A stretch of 64,000 nucleotides of DNA from an uncultured virus (IMG/VR IMGVR_UViG_3300047480_000789) (lineage: Duplodnaviria; Heunggongvirae; Uroviricota; Caudoviricetes), in IMG/VR virus record IMGVR_UViG_3300047480_000789; one strand, written 5' to 3'. Positions 1 to 11,700 of this stretch are shown piece after piece. Numbering within the stretch: the first letter of the stretch is position 1; each line of letters opens with the position of its first letter. The translations under genes were made by a program, and so were the position numbers. The notes beneath the pieces were generated by a model, which was given only the letters and a program-made list of their open reading frames with translations, did no database searches and was not told the origin of the DNA.

Positions 1-333
1 AATGTATTCAAAGTCACTATTAAAAAGGTATTCCCCATCTTTATCAAACCCCATTAACTCAGCGTGTTCCCAACTCCATTTTTGTTCAGTAATAATGAAC
101 ACAGGGAGAATACCTTTCTTTTGTGCATCAACCGCCGTTTTTACTAACGCAGTGGTTTTACCCGTATCACTATGTCCCAATAACATATTGATGTGACCCA
201 TAGCCGGTCCGGGAATTCCTGTTGCTTCATTAAACGCATCTCCTAAGTCGAAGAAACGATCGGCCTTATATTCGGCCTCTTTAGAGAATTTCTTCTTGAT
301 TGCTGAGAAATCTGTTTTTTTAATACCTGCCAT
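1..333 (-). CDS. uvsX: RecA/UvsX-like recombinase, N-terminal part (runs off the window)
   Basis: Not in the ORF track. Translated by hand from ATG 333: MAGIKKTDF...GHINMLLGHSDTGKTTAL...PVFIITEQKW. Walker A GHSDTGKT in a RecA-like context, downstream of the SSB gene. Confidence 0.85.
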   Translation of the reverse strand, partial: MAGIKKTDFSAIKKKFSKEAEYKADRFFDLGDAFNEATGIPGPAMGHINMLLGHSDTGKTTALVKTAVDAQKKGILPVFIITEQKWSWEHAELMGFDKDGEYLFNSDFEYI

Positions 334-344
334 TGTTTTGTTTT

Positions 345-374
345 TAAAAATGGGGTGGGTATTTCACCACCCCG
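345..374 (-). terminator. Intrinsic terminator-like hairpin after SSB
   Basis: GGGGTGG-N8-CCACCCC stem followed by a T-run on the minus strand. Confidence 0.65.
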
Positions 375-403
375 TGAATAATTAGAACGATAAGTTAACC
401 ATC

Positions 404-1246
404 TTAAAATGGTAAGTCCTCGTCCGCTTCATCATCTAATTGTGGGTCAACCACAGGTGTTGATGATTTTGGTGCTGCGATTACCTCTTCAGCGGTTGAG
501 TTTGAAACCCATTTGTTACTTGTAGTATCCCAACGTGGAACCTCACCTTTAGCGACCATCTCTAAGTAGTCTTCACCTTTCTTAGAATAAACATCAGACC
601 ACGTTGTTTCGTCGTCTAACCACGTCTTAGCAACGTTTGCGTCTATATGTAATGCAGTTGGGTCATCATTCAAAACTGAATTGATTACTGTGTATTCTTT
701 ACCTGTCCCTGCTTTAGTTAATGTCAATGATAAAATTAAATCACGACCGTTTTCTGGATTTGTAATATCACCTTTATTACGAAAGATTGGAAAGATTTTA
801 TCGATAACACCATCACCTTTTGCGTTGTGTTTAAATCTCCAAAATTTAGGTCCGTCTTGTTCGTGATCTCGGTCAATAACTTTTACGATATAAAACTTAC
901 GAGAACGATAGTTACGAGCCAATTCTTTATCAGAATCAACACCAGTCATCATTAATCCTTCGTAAACTTCATTTAATGGGGAACGTTTACCTTCTTGTGC
1001 TGGGTCATATAATTTTACCCATTTTCCGTCCACCTGTACTTCGTGAAATTTAACTTCTACGAATGGAGAACTACCATCTTTAGTAGGTAGGATACGGATA
1101 CGTCTTTCTTCACCCTTAGAACCCTTAGGTAATACGGTGGTAAAATAACGTTTCATACGGTCCTCTGAGGACATTTTGTTAGAGTTGCCACTTGTGGCGT
1201 TCTTGTTCTTCTCGTACTGTGCCAGTACGGCATCAAATGTTGACAT
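404..1246 (-). CDS. Single-stranded DNA-binding protein, T4 gp32-like
   Basis: RIRILP...PFVEVKFH, FYIVKVIDR, DITNPENGRDLIL; acidic tail DDEADEDLPF; adjacent to the recombinase. Confidence 0.85.
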   Translation of the reverse strand: MSTFDAVLAQYEKNKNATSGNSNKMSSEDRMKRYFTTVLPKGSKGEERRIRILPTKDGSSPFVEVKFHEVQVDGKWVKLYDPAQEGKRSPLNEVYEGLMMTGVDSDKELARNYRSRKFYIVKVIDRDHEQDGPKFWRFKHNAKGDGVIDKIFPIFRNKGDITNPENGRDLILSLTLTKAGTGKEYTVINSVLNDDPTALHIDANVAKTWLDDETTWSDVYSKKGEDYLEMVAKGEVPRWDTTSNKWVSNSTAEEVIAAPKSSTPVVDPQLDDEADEDLPF

Positions 1247-1289
1247 AATAAGAAATTTAAGTTATAAAATGTTTATAGTAAAATATAGA

Positions 1290-1317
1290 CAAAAAAAACC
1301 GGATTAGGAAATCCGGT
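1290..1317 (-). terminator. Intrinsic terminator
   Basis: ACCGGATT/AATCCGGT stem with a long T-run on the minus strand, downstream of 1358..1729. Confidence 0.7.
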
Positions 1318-1357
1318 CTAATAATTTTTAAAACTATTTTTTAATCAATAATGTCGA

Positions 1358-1729
1358 TTATTCTTGTGTTAAAAGATACGATAATTTGTAAGTAACACCT
1401 AAAATTTCGTCTCTTAAATTTAATAAGTTTGTGTCGATTGGTTCAAATTCATCTGTAAATTGATTAAGAGCCTCCACAATCGTGTTAACCATACCTTTTA
1501 CACTTAATTCTGATAAGTTTTGTAATTGTAATGTTTTTGTGTCGTCTTCCAATACAAATCTACCATATTTACCCATCGCTTGTTCCACAAACTCATCAAT
1601 TAAGTCATTTAACTCGCCGTGAATCATACCAAACGCATTGTGTCTTGAGTAACCTTTGGTTTGCCAATGCATTATTTTAAATTGTACCTGTGTTTCTAAA
1701 AGAAACTTTACTTTAGAACCTATATTCAT
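1358..1729 (-). CDS. Ferritin/Dps-like four-helix protein (DUF5856-like)
   Basis: HWQT...H...DEFVE pattern resembling Dps ferroxidase ligands; 123 aa, helical. Confidence 0.65.
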   Translation of the reverse strand: MNIGSKVKFLLETQVQFKIMHWQTKGYSRHNAFGMIHGELNDLIDEFVEQAMGKYGRFVLEDDTKTLQLQNLSELSVKGMVNTIVEALNQFTDEFEPIDTNLLNLRDEILGVTYKLSYLLTQE

Positions 1730-2369
1730 TTTGTGTCTCCTCCTCAGGGTTAAAAGATTGTTTTATGGTATCGGTTGGATAATTTGTTACTTCGTCTTTA
1801 GTTAAAACGTATTCATTTTTACCACTAGCTCTCATTTCACCTTGTTTGTGGGCAAAAAACTCTTGTGGTTTTTCATTAAACGGATACGAATCTAAAGAAC
1901 GCATTTCTAATTTTTCAACTTCAGTCTTAGGTCTCATTTGTTCAACCTTAGAACCTAATTGGTCGATTTTAGACATAACAGCATCCATCTGAGCTAATTT
2001 ACTTTCTAAATCTGTCAATTTAGTAAATACGTCATCCATTTTACCAATGACACTATTATTATCTTGTTTATTGTTCTCTAAATCGTTTTTAATATTTTTA
2101 GTCATATTAACTAAATCGGTAATATCAATTTCTTCGGTGTTATCCTCATCTCCATCAATTGCCGGTAATTCAGCATCTGTAGATGCTGTATCTAATGGAG
2201 GTAACCCACCATCTACAGATGCGTCAGTTGCCGGTAATTCCGCGTCGGATGATGAATCTTCAGGTGTTGGTTCCGCTGGTGCCGCCTCTTGTTCCATTAT
2301 CATCGTTTTACCATATTTGTTAATGGCTTTATAACGATTTAATTCTTCTTGTAGTTTTTGTTCTAACAT
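1713..2369 (-). CDS. Acidic hypothetical protein, possible head-internal protein
   Basis: ORF 1713..2402; start at 2369 (MLEQKLQEELNRYK) avoids overlap with the upstream gene; acidic linker plus coiled coil. Confidence 0.6.
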   Translation of the reverse strand: MLEQKLQEELNRYKAINKYGKTMIMEQEAAPAEPTPEDSSSDAELPATDASVDGGLPPLDTASTDAELPAIDGDEDNTEEIDITDLVNMTKNIKNDLENNKQDNNSVIGKMDDVFTKLTDLESKLAQMDAVMSKIDQLGSKVEQMRPKTEVEKLEMRSLDSYPFNEKPQEFFAHKQGEMRASGKNEYVLTKDEVTNYPTDTIKQSFNPEEETQNEYRF

Positions 2370-2373
2370 AGTA

Positions 2374-2577
2374 TTAATCTTGTAATAATTGTCTACCATC
2401 ATTGGTAATATACTTTTTATTTATTCTTTCAACAATTCCGTCTTTTTCTCTAATTGTATAACATTCTCCAGTTACCAAATCACACTCTTCTCTCTCCATA
2501 CCATCATTAGATACATTTCTAACTTTCTTTGGATTCAAAAATTTGTCCATCGTATTGTTTAATCTATTATTTTCCAT
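2374..2577 (-). CDS. Small hypothetical protein (CDLVTGEC motif)
   Basis: 67 aa ORF preceded by the TATTTATA motif at 2595-2602. Confidence 0.65.
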   Translation of the reverse strand: MENNRLNNTMDKFLNPKKVRNVSNDGMEREECDLVTGECYTIREKDGIVERINKKYITNDGRQLLQD

Positions 2578-2621
2578 AATATTTCTTTTATAAGTATAAA
2601 TATCCCAATATTGTTAATATT

Positions 2622-5600
2622 CTATATTAAGTTAAAATATACCACATCCCCATCATTTAAACCTAAGTATTTCATTAATTTTATCGACATACCCATTGCG
2701 TATGTGTCCATTTCGGGAAACACATCAATTGGTCCTTGGTAAAGTCTTGATTCTCCGTTTAAAACACTAAAGTCTAAACTGTATTTTGGGTCTAAAGTAA
2801 TTGTTTTTCCATTTTTTGGGTTATAAAATATCGAAGTTGCACCAATAACAAAATCCGCACTTTTTTTATCTAATTTAAACTTGGTTGAATAAAAATATTG
2901 TTTCGTAGTTTGTTGTGAAACTTCTTGCCAAGTTAATGTACTTGGTAATGGTTTTCCTGTTGTTTGATGTGAAACGGATGTTAAACGACCGATTATCGAC
3001 ATTTCGTTATTTAGATTCATCACGTTATTCAATTCGCCCATTCTAACAACTCTCGTTCTTAACCAAGTAGTACTATCTTTTTCACCATTTTTATTAGGAA
3101 TAGTTGATGGGTGATTAGGATGTGTAATTTTCTGAATAAATCTTTCGTCCATAAATCCATTATATGGTATACCAAATTCAGTTAATCCCGTTTCTGCAAC
3201 AACTTTTTCGTTTTCATCAGAAATTAAACCTCTATCAAATGTTACCGTTGTTGATGTTTGTTGTGTTCTACCATTAATCGTTACGTCAGATAAGACTCTA
3301 AGTTGTTCACTCGTATCTGTTTTTCTGTCCGCCCCATTAACTCTATTCTGTGCCTTCTTAATTAATTTATCAAATAAAGTTTTATAACTTGACATAAAGG
3401 AGTCCGACAAATCAGGTAATGAGGTATATGGTAATCTTGAACCTTTAAAAGTTGTTGTAATATTATTATTTCTAATATTATGTGAAACCTCAGTAATCCA
3501 ATATGAACCTTTAAACATTGGTATATTTTTTAAATAGAAGAACATTGTAGGTTGAATCATAACATTACCCATACAAGTAATCTCACAACTATATGCCGCC
3601 TGTCTATAGTATTCGTATAAACCGATGTCTACGTTATATGTACCCGAACCTGACTCGGACCTTGCTAAGTTTTCTAAAACAACAAATGATTCACTTGTAT
3701 TTTTAATTGTAGCTTGGTCTAATTGAATTCCTTTAAATATATTTTGATTTTGGTCACCAAAACTCACTTCAAACGCCACTACTTTATTTGATTTACTCAA
3801 ATCACCAGTGCTAAATACTTTTGGTAACTCATACATTACAGGATTATTATTAACATTTCCAATATTAAAACTATCGTCACTAAATTTAAATTTTTTATCT
3901 TTTTTATTTCCAATGTCAATTCTTTTTGATGACGCCGAAACATATTGAATGATAACTTTAGGTGAAGATTCTTGATAATCGACATCTAAGAATGTTCCGA
4001 ATATGTTTTTAGCCACATTTTTAGATGGAACCATTTTAGGTGTGTTTGAAAAATTAGTACCGTAATAGTTTACATACGATGGTAATGCCTTCATATCAAA
4101 ACCCGTTTCTTGTAATAACAAAGAAATTGCACCAAACAAAGATTGTTTTACGTTCTTTTCATTTCCTAATGCTGCCAATCTACTTACGTTAAAAAAGTAT
4201 ATGTCACCAATATCTCTATTAGCCTTATCTAAAAATAAAAACTCTTCAAGTAGTGATCTTTGTCCAATTGAATTACCTGAAATCCATTTATCATTCATAG
4301 ATTTAAAGAAATTATATAGTTCAACTTTCATCGGTTGGTCATTATAACCACCGTTGAATCTGACATCATTAACTTCCGTTTGTACATTGAATGTTGAAAA
4401 ACCCGATATTAATAAATCTAAAAATAAGTTTCTTCTTTTTTCAGAATTAACAAATATATTGTTTCTTATGTATTCTTTAAAATTAGCGTGTGTTGCTGGT
4501 TTGCCAGATTGGACGTATCCTGCGTATATCAGTACTAAAGGTCTGAACATAATTATGTTTTCACCCTTTAATTCTACATTATTATCCTTAAAGAAGTTTA
4601 AATAACAATCGGTTGTTGGTTCTTCACCAATATATAATTTTAATAAATTTCTATTATCAAGTGTATTTTGTGTTTCATTATAGTCATTTACACTATAACT
4701 GTTATGTATTGAAACCTCAGCAAATCCGTTAAAGATGTGTGGGTCAATTTCTTTAGGATTTGCAATCGTTAACTTTATTAAATTATTAGTTGATAGGATG
4801 TTATTGGTTATCGATTTTAGTTTTTCAACCTGTTTCGTTCTAATTAATTTTATGTTGTCATCAACGTTTGTACCTAATCCTTTTGGGATGTCGATACTTA
4901 CAATTTCTTTTAAAAGGTCTTGAAATGTTTGATATTTAACCGAACCGAATAGATTCGAATTAATCGATGTGTTAATTTTACCACTCGCAAATTTTAGAAA
5001 TAATCGTTCGAATTCGTCTAAAATTGCCGGACTAAATGTACCAATTAAATCATAAACTTTTTTATTTGTTAAATCGGCACCATAAACATTATCAATTGAG
5101 TTATTGTACTCAAGTGGAGACGGTAATCTTACATTATTAAAATCACTATTAATATATTCATCTTCCCATATTGTCCTATAATAAATTTGTTGTCCTCTTT
5201 CAAATGTATCGTTACCTATGGAATATTCGTCAATATTTTGTAAATCAATATTTTCATTACCTCCATCACAAGGTAATAGTGTAAATCTTTTATCTTCGGT
5301 TTCAAATTTACTATTATTAACATACGACGTCCAATAGTTTAAATCGTTACCACTTACAGTGCGTTTTCTAACGATAATTTTACCATCATCCACATTATCG
5401 TTAAACGATGACATATCACCATTGTTGATTGTGTAATGATTATATCCATTCACAATTTGGTGAAATATGGCATCGTAATATGGGTGAATACCAACATCTT
5501 TACTTAAATCATATGTTATTGGTTCTCCATCTAAGAAAACGGGTGGTGCTCCATCAACTTCATTATCAAAAAATACTCTACCGTCTATATTAGTCGTTAG

Positions 5601-8453
5601 TAATGTTGAGTTTAGACATCCCTCTAAAATGTCAAAGTTATCTCTAATTGACCTTTTGTATCTATGGTATATCGACCCCCATTTTAAAATTAAGTGATAT
5701 GGAACATATTGAGACGACCCAATTTCCCTAAATAATGTCGAAACTAAAGGTGATACTTTTTTACCAGATTTCATTCGATAGTCTACGTGTTCATCTAATT
5801 CGACAAAAGGTAAAGAATTTAGTAAAAGATATGCCGAACCAACATATTTAGAATCTAAACTTTCATTTACTGTAAAGTCATAAAATAACTGTTTGTGAAA
5901 ATATGGTGTATTTAAAATATTTGTACTGTTATTGTTAACAATAAATCCTCTTGAGAATATATTAGTCGTATAACCTGTTGATTTATCACTATATCTTACC
6001 CAAAACTTAGGATCAATCTGTCCCGATATTAAACCTTCTTTAGTGTTAACTTCTAAAAATCCATCAGTTAATAGTTCACTTTTATTAAATGAAGATAAAC
6101 TTTTACCATTAGAATCTTTTAAGTAACTAATATAATTAGGTGAATTAAATGGGTAAATATTCACCCTATGTTCGTCAGGCACATAACTTAATAAATTTTC
6201 ACTAAGTTTAGTGTACGACCCATCGTTTGTAAGATTTTTTGTTGATAACGAATATTCCTCAATTTTAAATTGGGTATTGTAAAATTCATTTAAATAAAAG
6301 GTTGTAGGTATTTGATCTTGATAGTACGTATAATTTTCGAATGGTGCTAACTTTTTCATTTGTAACACTAAATCATTTTGTGATTTAACATTATCTTTTA
6401 AAATGTTAATCACATTACTGTCATTTACTATGGAATCTTTAATATTGTTAAACTCAATTTTTGATAACTCCCTTATGGTGTCCAAATCAAATGAATCTAA
6501 CATTGTAAATGTTAATGCCCTTTCCCAAATCTCATATAAAAAATTAGCCTGATTTTTATCTTGGTACGGTGTAATATCTATAACCGTTTTAATTGTGTCA
6601 ATAGGTTTGATAATATTATTATCAGCATTAGTTTCAAACCTGTATGTTATTTTATCAAACCCACCTTCCTTATTTGTTAATGGGTCGATTCTATTTGTTG
6701 TAACACCAATATAATTCTCAATAAAATCAACTTCAGGCCAAATTCTAGCATCATTTGATTTTAATTTACCTACGTAATTTTGATCACCAGGATATATTAT
6801 AACATTTTCCTTACCCTTTACTGTGCTCTTTATTTCAGGCCAAGGGTAGATAGAATCACCATTTGTCTCTTTTGAATAATTTGTTCCGATAATTTTCTTT
6901 CTCGTCTCAGCCTGATCAAATGCACGTTTATGTACATCTTTCATTAATCTAATTAAAACTTCCGCATTTGAGAGTATAACTGCAAAAATATTACGTATGG
7001 TTGGTTCAAAACCAAACCCACCGTCTTTTCTTCTTACAATTTCGTTCATTTTTTTTTCAACTTCCTCTTCAAGTTTAATTCTTTGTTCCTCAAAGTTTTT
7101 TTGGATGGTATTAATTTGATTTATCAATTCGTCGATAGCAATTAAATTTTTACCGTCTGAAGTTTTAGTTACGTATATGTCAATGTTATCCTGAACACTA
7201 TCAATACTTAATCTAAATCTATCAAAAACAGACATAGTGTTGTTTAATAAATTCTCAGTAAACAATTTATTCTTAGGTATCTTACCTTCATACTTATCCG
7301 CATAAACCCTTAAAAGTTTTGCTAATGTTCCATCTTTAAATGGGTCGTATAACCATTCATCATTTAACTTATTTTTATCATTTAAATAATAATAATTAAT
7401 ACCTGATGTTGAATAGTCAATTACCGGATTTGAATCTAATCTTTTCTTTGCCCATCCTTTTACCTCTGTCTCAAAGTTTTTTAATGATTCCTCCAATTCT
7501 TTGACTCCAACAAATAATCTCATATCAACTACTTGGTCAAATATTTCCCTTTCTAATATGACGTCTAACGTTTCCGCAATTGTTAAAATTTCTCTAAGTG
7601 TCTTAACAGGAAAGTCTTTTTTAATTAGACCTTTTTGTTTGTATTCACCATAAATCGATTTTAACATATCATACCCTCTTGTTGATTTAACTACAGTTTG
7701 AAGAATCTTACCATTTCCGTCGGTTTGGACATCTTTACTATTTTCATTGGGGAAAAGGTATGGTGCATTTAATAATCCCTGTAACGGTATATCACTTAGA
7801 TATGCGTATGTTGAGCCGACGAATGTTGTTGAAACTTCGAAGTTACCATTAGACTCATTAAATTTTGTACTGAATTTAACAAGGTGTAATCTATATTTTA
7901 TTGCCTTACCATAAAATCCTTTTACCGTTAAATAAAATATAGGCCAAGGTATATGAAAAAATGCCTTGTATGGTGAGTTTTCTGGTGAATCAAAAAGTGT
8001 TTTACCTCTTACATCAACAAAATTAATTTGTACTTGTGGTATTGCATTATAACCCTTAACATTGATTGAAATGCTGTCAATACCAAAAGATTGTCCCGAA
8101 TCGTCAGATTGAAAAAAATCACCGGATAAATTAGTCGATTTATTGTCATTAACTTCACTATAAGCCTCAGTCCAACTAGTGTCAAAGTCTTTTCCATTTT
8201 GATTACCCATAATGTTTAGGGTTCCCTTGGCAATGTTAGTTAATGTATTTGAATCATTGTCAGATGCGAGTATACTTCTAGGGACTAAGTCAGCCTCTAA
8301 GTTTACATACATAACTAATTTCTCTTGTTCTAATCCTCTATCTGTAACCTCACCCTTACCATTAATAACAGTATTTGGGTCGATGTATATTAGATTATTC
8401 TGATCAACCTTAACATATATGTCTTCACTATTTGATAAATTATTGTTCCCCAT
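2622..8453 (-). CDS. Very large baseplate hub-related protein (gp27/GpD-like segments)
   Basis: 1943 aa in the tail operon; CEITCMGNVMIQP...GSYWITEVSHNI resembles the C-terminal signature of hub proteins. Confidence 0.6.
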   Translation of the reverse strand: MGNNNLSNSEDIYVKVDQNNLIYIDPNTVINGKGEVTDRGLEQEKLVMYVNLEADLVPRSILASDNDSNTLTNIAKGTLNIMGNQNGKDFDTSWTEAYSEVNDNKSTNLSGDFFQSDDSGQSFGIDSISINVKGYNAIPQVQINFVDVRGKTLFDSPENSPYKAFFHIPWPIFYLTVKGFYGKAIKYRLHLVKFSTKFNESNGNFEVSTTFVGSTYAYLSDIPLQGLLNAPYLFPNENSKDVQTDGNGKILQTVVKSTRGYDMLKSIYGEYKQKGLIKKDFPVKTLREILTIAETLDVILEREIFDQVVDMRLFVGVKELEESLKNFETEVKGWAKKRLDSNPVIDYSTSGINYYYLNDKNKLNDEWLYDPFKDGTLAKLLRVYADKYEGKIPKNKLFTENLLNNTMSVFDRFRLSIDSVQDNIDIYVTKTSDGKNLIAIDELINQINTIQKNFEEQRIKLEEEVEKKMNEIVRRKDGGFGFEPTIRNIFAVILSNAEVLIRLMKDVHKRAFDQAETRKKIIGTNYSKETNGDSIYPWPEIKSTVKGKENVIIYPGDQNYVGKLKSNDARIWPEVDFIENYIGVTTNRIDPLTNKEGGFDKITYRFETNADNNIIKPIDTIKTVIDITPYQDKNQANFLYEIWERALTFTMLDSFDLDTIRELSKIEFNNIKDSIVNDSNVINILKDNVKSQNDLVLQMKKLAPFENYTYYQDQIPTTFYLNEFYNTQFKIEEYSLSTKNLTNDGSYTKLSENLLSYVPDEHRVNIYPFNSPNYISYLKDSNGKSLSSFNKSELLTDGFLEVNTKEGLISGQIDPKFWVRYSDKSTGYTTNIFSRGFIVNNNSTNILNTPYFHKQLFYDFTVNESLDSKYVGSAYLLLNSLPFVELDEHVDYRMKSGKKVSPLVSTLFREIGSSQYVPYHLILKWGSIYHRYKRSIRDNFDILEGCLNSTLLTTNIDGRVFFDNEVDGAPPVFLDGEPITYDLSKDVGIHPYYDAIFHQIVNGYNHYTINNGDMSSFNDNVDDGKIIVRKRTVSGNDLNYWTSYVNNSKFETEDKRFTLLPCDGGNENIDLQNIDEYSIGNDTFERGQQIYYRTIWEDEYINSDFNNVRLPSPLEYNNSIDNVYGADLTNKKVYDLIGTFSPAILDEFERLFLKFASGKINTSINSNLFGSVKYQTFQDLLKEIVSIDIPKGLGTNVDDNIKLIRTKQVEKLKSITNNILSTNNLIKLTIANPKEIDPHIFNGFAEVSIHNSYSVNDYNETQNTLDNRNLLKLYIGEEPTTDCYLNFFKDNNVELKGENIIMFRPLVLIYAGYVQSGKPATHANFKEYIRNNIFVNSEKRRNLFLDLLISGFSTFNVQTEVNDVRFNGGYNDQPMKVELYNFFKSMNDKWISGNSIGQRSLLEEFLFLDKANRDIGDIYFFNVSRLAALGNEKNVKQSLFGAISLLLQETGFDMKALPSYVNYYGTNFSNTPKMVPSKNVAKNIFGTFLDVDYQESSPKVIIQYVSASSKRIDIGNKKDKKFKFSDDSFNIGNVNNNPVMYELPKVFSTGDLSKSNKVVAFEVSFGDQNQNIFKGIQLDQATIKNTSESFVVLENLARSESGSGTYNVDIGLYEYYRQAAYSCEITCMGNVMIQPTMFFYLKNIPMFKGSYWITEVSHNIRNNNITTTFKGSRLPYTSLPDLSDSFMSSYKTLFDKLIKKAQNRVNGADRKTDTSEQLRVLSDVTINGRTQQTSTTVTFDRGLISDENEKVVAETGLTEFGIPYNGFMDERFIQKITHPNHPSTIPNKNGEKDSTTWLRTRVVRMGELNNVMNLNNEMSIIGRLTSVSHQTTGKPLPSTLTWQEVSQQTTKQYFYSTKFKLDKKSADFVIGATSIFYNPKNGKTITLDPKYSLDFSVLNGESRLYQGPIDVFPEMDTYAMGMSIKLMKYLGLNDGDVVYFNLI

Positions 8454-8766
8454 AATATAGATTATATAATTCTACACCTCTTTTGTAATCTTGTAAAGAG
8501 CTAATTAAAGGAAATGGTATTCTTAAAAAGAAATTATCAGGAATTTCAAATTCTAAACCTCCCGCTTGTGGATTTGCTAACATAATTAACCATCCAAATG
8601 TTGGAGTTTCGTAATATTCTTGAGAAATCTTATCTAACCTATCTTTACCTTTCTTGTATTGAACGTACTTATCTGACCCCTTGATTGGAATTTCGATTCC
8701 GGGGACTATTCGATGTACTCCATCCTCAATGAAAAATTGATATCTATCAAAATAGTTCTTACTCAT
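8440..8766 (-). CDS. LysM-like baseplate protein (gp53/GpX-like)
   Basis: DRLDKISQEYY...WLIMLANP...LRIP pattern; position in the tail module. Confidence 0.7.
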   Translation of the reverse strand: MSKNYFDRYQFFIEDGVHRIVPGIEIPIKGSDKYVQYKKGKDRLDKISQEYYETPTFGWLIMLANPQAGGLEFEIPDNFFLRIPFPLISSLQDYKRGVELYNLYYGEQ

Positions 8767-8769
8767 TTC

Positions 8770-11700
8770 TTATTTTTTATAATAATTTAACTCCACAGTC
8801 ACATCATTAGAAATTGCAAAAATTTGTTTTATTTCGTCTGTTGTGTCAATAAGTATTTCAGTTCCAATGTTATAAACAATTGGTTTATTGTTTTTACGTT
8901 TTGGTTTTTTACCATAACGTAAATTGTATATTTCATTTTTATTTAAAACTTTATCAAAATGTCTATCTAATATATCATTAATTTCATCCCCAAGTTTCAA
9001 TAATTTTATTTCATTAATGATGGTATCTTTATTTTCGGACACCACTAAACCTAAAATCACTTGACTTAATAAATCATCAGTTAATTCAATTGTTGGGTCG
9101 TTGACATCTGTGTTAAATTTACTACTGATTGTTTCAACGTTTCTTTTAATGTAATCAATTGCGTCACTGTATGTTGAATAAAAATTTGAATCGTCAAATG
9201 ACGTTAAATTTACTGAATAGGATTTACCGTTTTCCAATTTAACATCATACCCATTTTTAACTATGAAATTTAACTTATCAATTGTTTGAATTATATTGTC
9301 TCTATTATTTTCAAAATCTTTTATACTACTCAATACTGAAATCTCCTCTACTTTCTTGTCTATAATCGATAATACTGATAAAAATAAAGAATTACTTATT
9401 ACATCACTGTTATCAGTTGTTACAACATCGGATAGTTCAAAAATTGAAACTATTTTTTCATTTGTTAATAACCCCTCAATATTACTAACCAATTTTTTAA
9501 TATATTCGTTATAATCATCAACTGATTTATATACTCCAAATAATTCCATAACATCTGTTTCAACACTATCGGTGTTAATAACGTAATCACTAACATTTCT
9601 ATATGCATTATTTAAAATAAAATTTGTAAAATGTGGACCGTATTTTGTTAATAAAGTATTAAATAATGTTTCATAAGTGTCCAAATAATCAATACTATAT
9701 TTGTAAAGGTTATCAATTAATGTTGTATAATTTAATACGGTATTACCAGAAAACTCACCAAAATATTGACCCTCAACATATTTAATCCCTAATTTATCTT
9801 TAATATTTTTCTTTTGTGTATTGGTATCATTTAAACTTTGTAAAAACGATTTAGTAAACGTCTCAGCATCTTGTCCACCAATTTTTGTGTTTGTTGATTC
9901 TGACCTCTCATCATACATTTCTGTATTGGCATAGAAATTAGATGATAACGCATTTTGTAACCGTTCAATTGGTTTCTCTAAACCTTGACCTCCTATAAAA
10001 TTAATTTGCATAGTAATAGTTGCAATCATAGGTTGTACACCAATTCCTTCAGGATTTAAATCCCAAGTAGTGTCATCAAATGTTATGTTCAAATCTCTGA
10101 AAATAACTTTAGAATGGTAAAAATCACCAACTCTTAACACACAAATAGGTGGTGGACCAAATGATGTATTTCTTGCATTTAAATCGGAATCGTCAGATAA
10201 ACCTTTAACCGGTATTGTGTTTCCTGGTCTTAAACATTGTTGTAAAAAAGTTAAACGTGAATTTAAACCTTCGGGTGTCATTGAGTGGAAACCTGGATGA
10301 AAGTATTTTAACTTTTCTTTCAATGAACCAAACACTAATGGTGACGTCTCCTCCAACATTTTAAAGTAATATTCTTCGGATAATGTTTTCATTATTATCC
10401 TTTTCATCACATCAATTGGTGGTTTTTTATTACCTAAATTTAAATTATTTAATTGTGATAATTTAACATTGTTATTTGGTTGATTTTCAGTTAAATTTTT
10501 TCGTTTATATTCTAACGACACTGTAGATTGTCTACATCCATATGATATTGGTGATAATACGTTTAAATCGGGATTTGTGAAAACCACTTTACTACAATCC
10601 ACCCCATTAACTGCAACTTTTTCACCATAGTTTGTGGTTCTAAAATATAATCTACCACTACCCTTAAAACCTAATTCTTTAAATGAATAATCAATATCAA
10701 TTTGGTCAACTTGTGTACCCGGTGCATTTTTAGTGATTTCAGTAAATGACCATTTTTCTTTATATGTGGCACCAATTTCTTTTAAAACACTTTTAACGAC
10801 TGAGTGTGACCTTCTAATAGTTAATTGATAATTTTCGTTATCCGGTGAGTTACCCGATGAGGTAGAACCTATTAACACAATAATGTCCCTATCAACTAAA
10901 TCTTTTTCTAAATCTTCCCTTAATTTTGTTAATGTGGATTTAAAATTATCTAAATCACTTTCAAATGTGGTATATAATGTTGTTAAGTCATCAACTACCT
11001 TATCAGCCGAAGATTGGGGTACTTCGTTTTCTGTGTTGAATTGTATTACTCTATCCTTCTTATTAGTGTCTCCACTAATAATTGAATCTACCGCCAAAGT
11101 TAATGTGGTTATATTCTCATCTTTTGTGTTTAAAATTTCATCGGTAGTGTTTATATAATCAAATGTTGAATTATAATCTACGGTACCTTCTTTCTTATCT
11201 GATGTTGGTGTTCCTTGAGCATAATAAAGTTTACCGTTAAACGTTATATTGTTACTGTTAGCATCAGACGTTGATGTTCCGTTAGGGTTAGTCACTACAG
11301 GTGAACTAACCGTACTTCTGTATCGTTTAATTTGATTCGTATCACCACTACTATTCAAATAATCTTGAATCATAGTTATGTCTTCCGAATCTAAATTAGT
11401 GTATGTTCTAATTAAACTATAAAAATCAATGTCCTTCGCCCCTGCAAAAAATGCGGTAATATATGTGTCAACATCTTCTTCAGACATATTTTTAAAGTGT
11501 TCTCTAACCATCAAGTTCAATATACTAGGGTGATCGACAACAATCTTAAATGATAATTGTCCACTTCTTTCTGTATTTTGATATGTATAAATTGGTTCGG
11601 GTCTCCCTAAGAAAGTATTCTTATCCCAGTTCGCACTATTTTGTTCTGATACTTTTAAATCATATGGTGGAAACCACATAACTCTACCACCATTGTTTCC

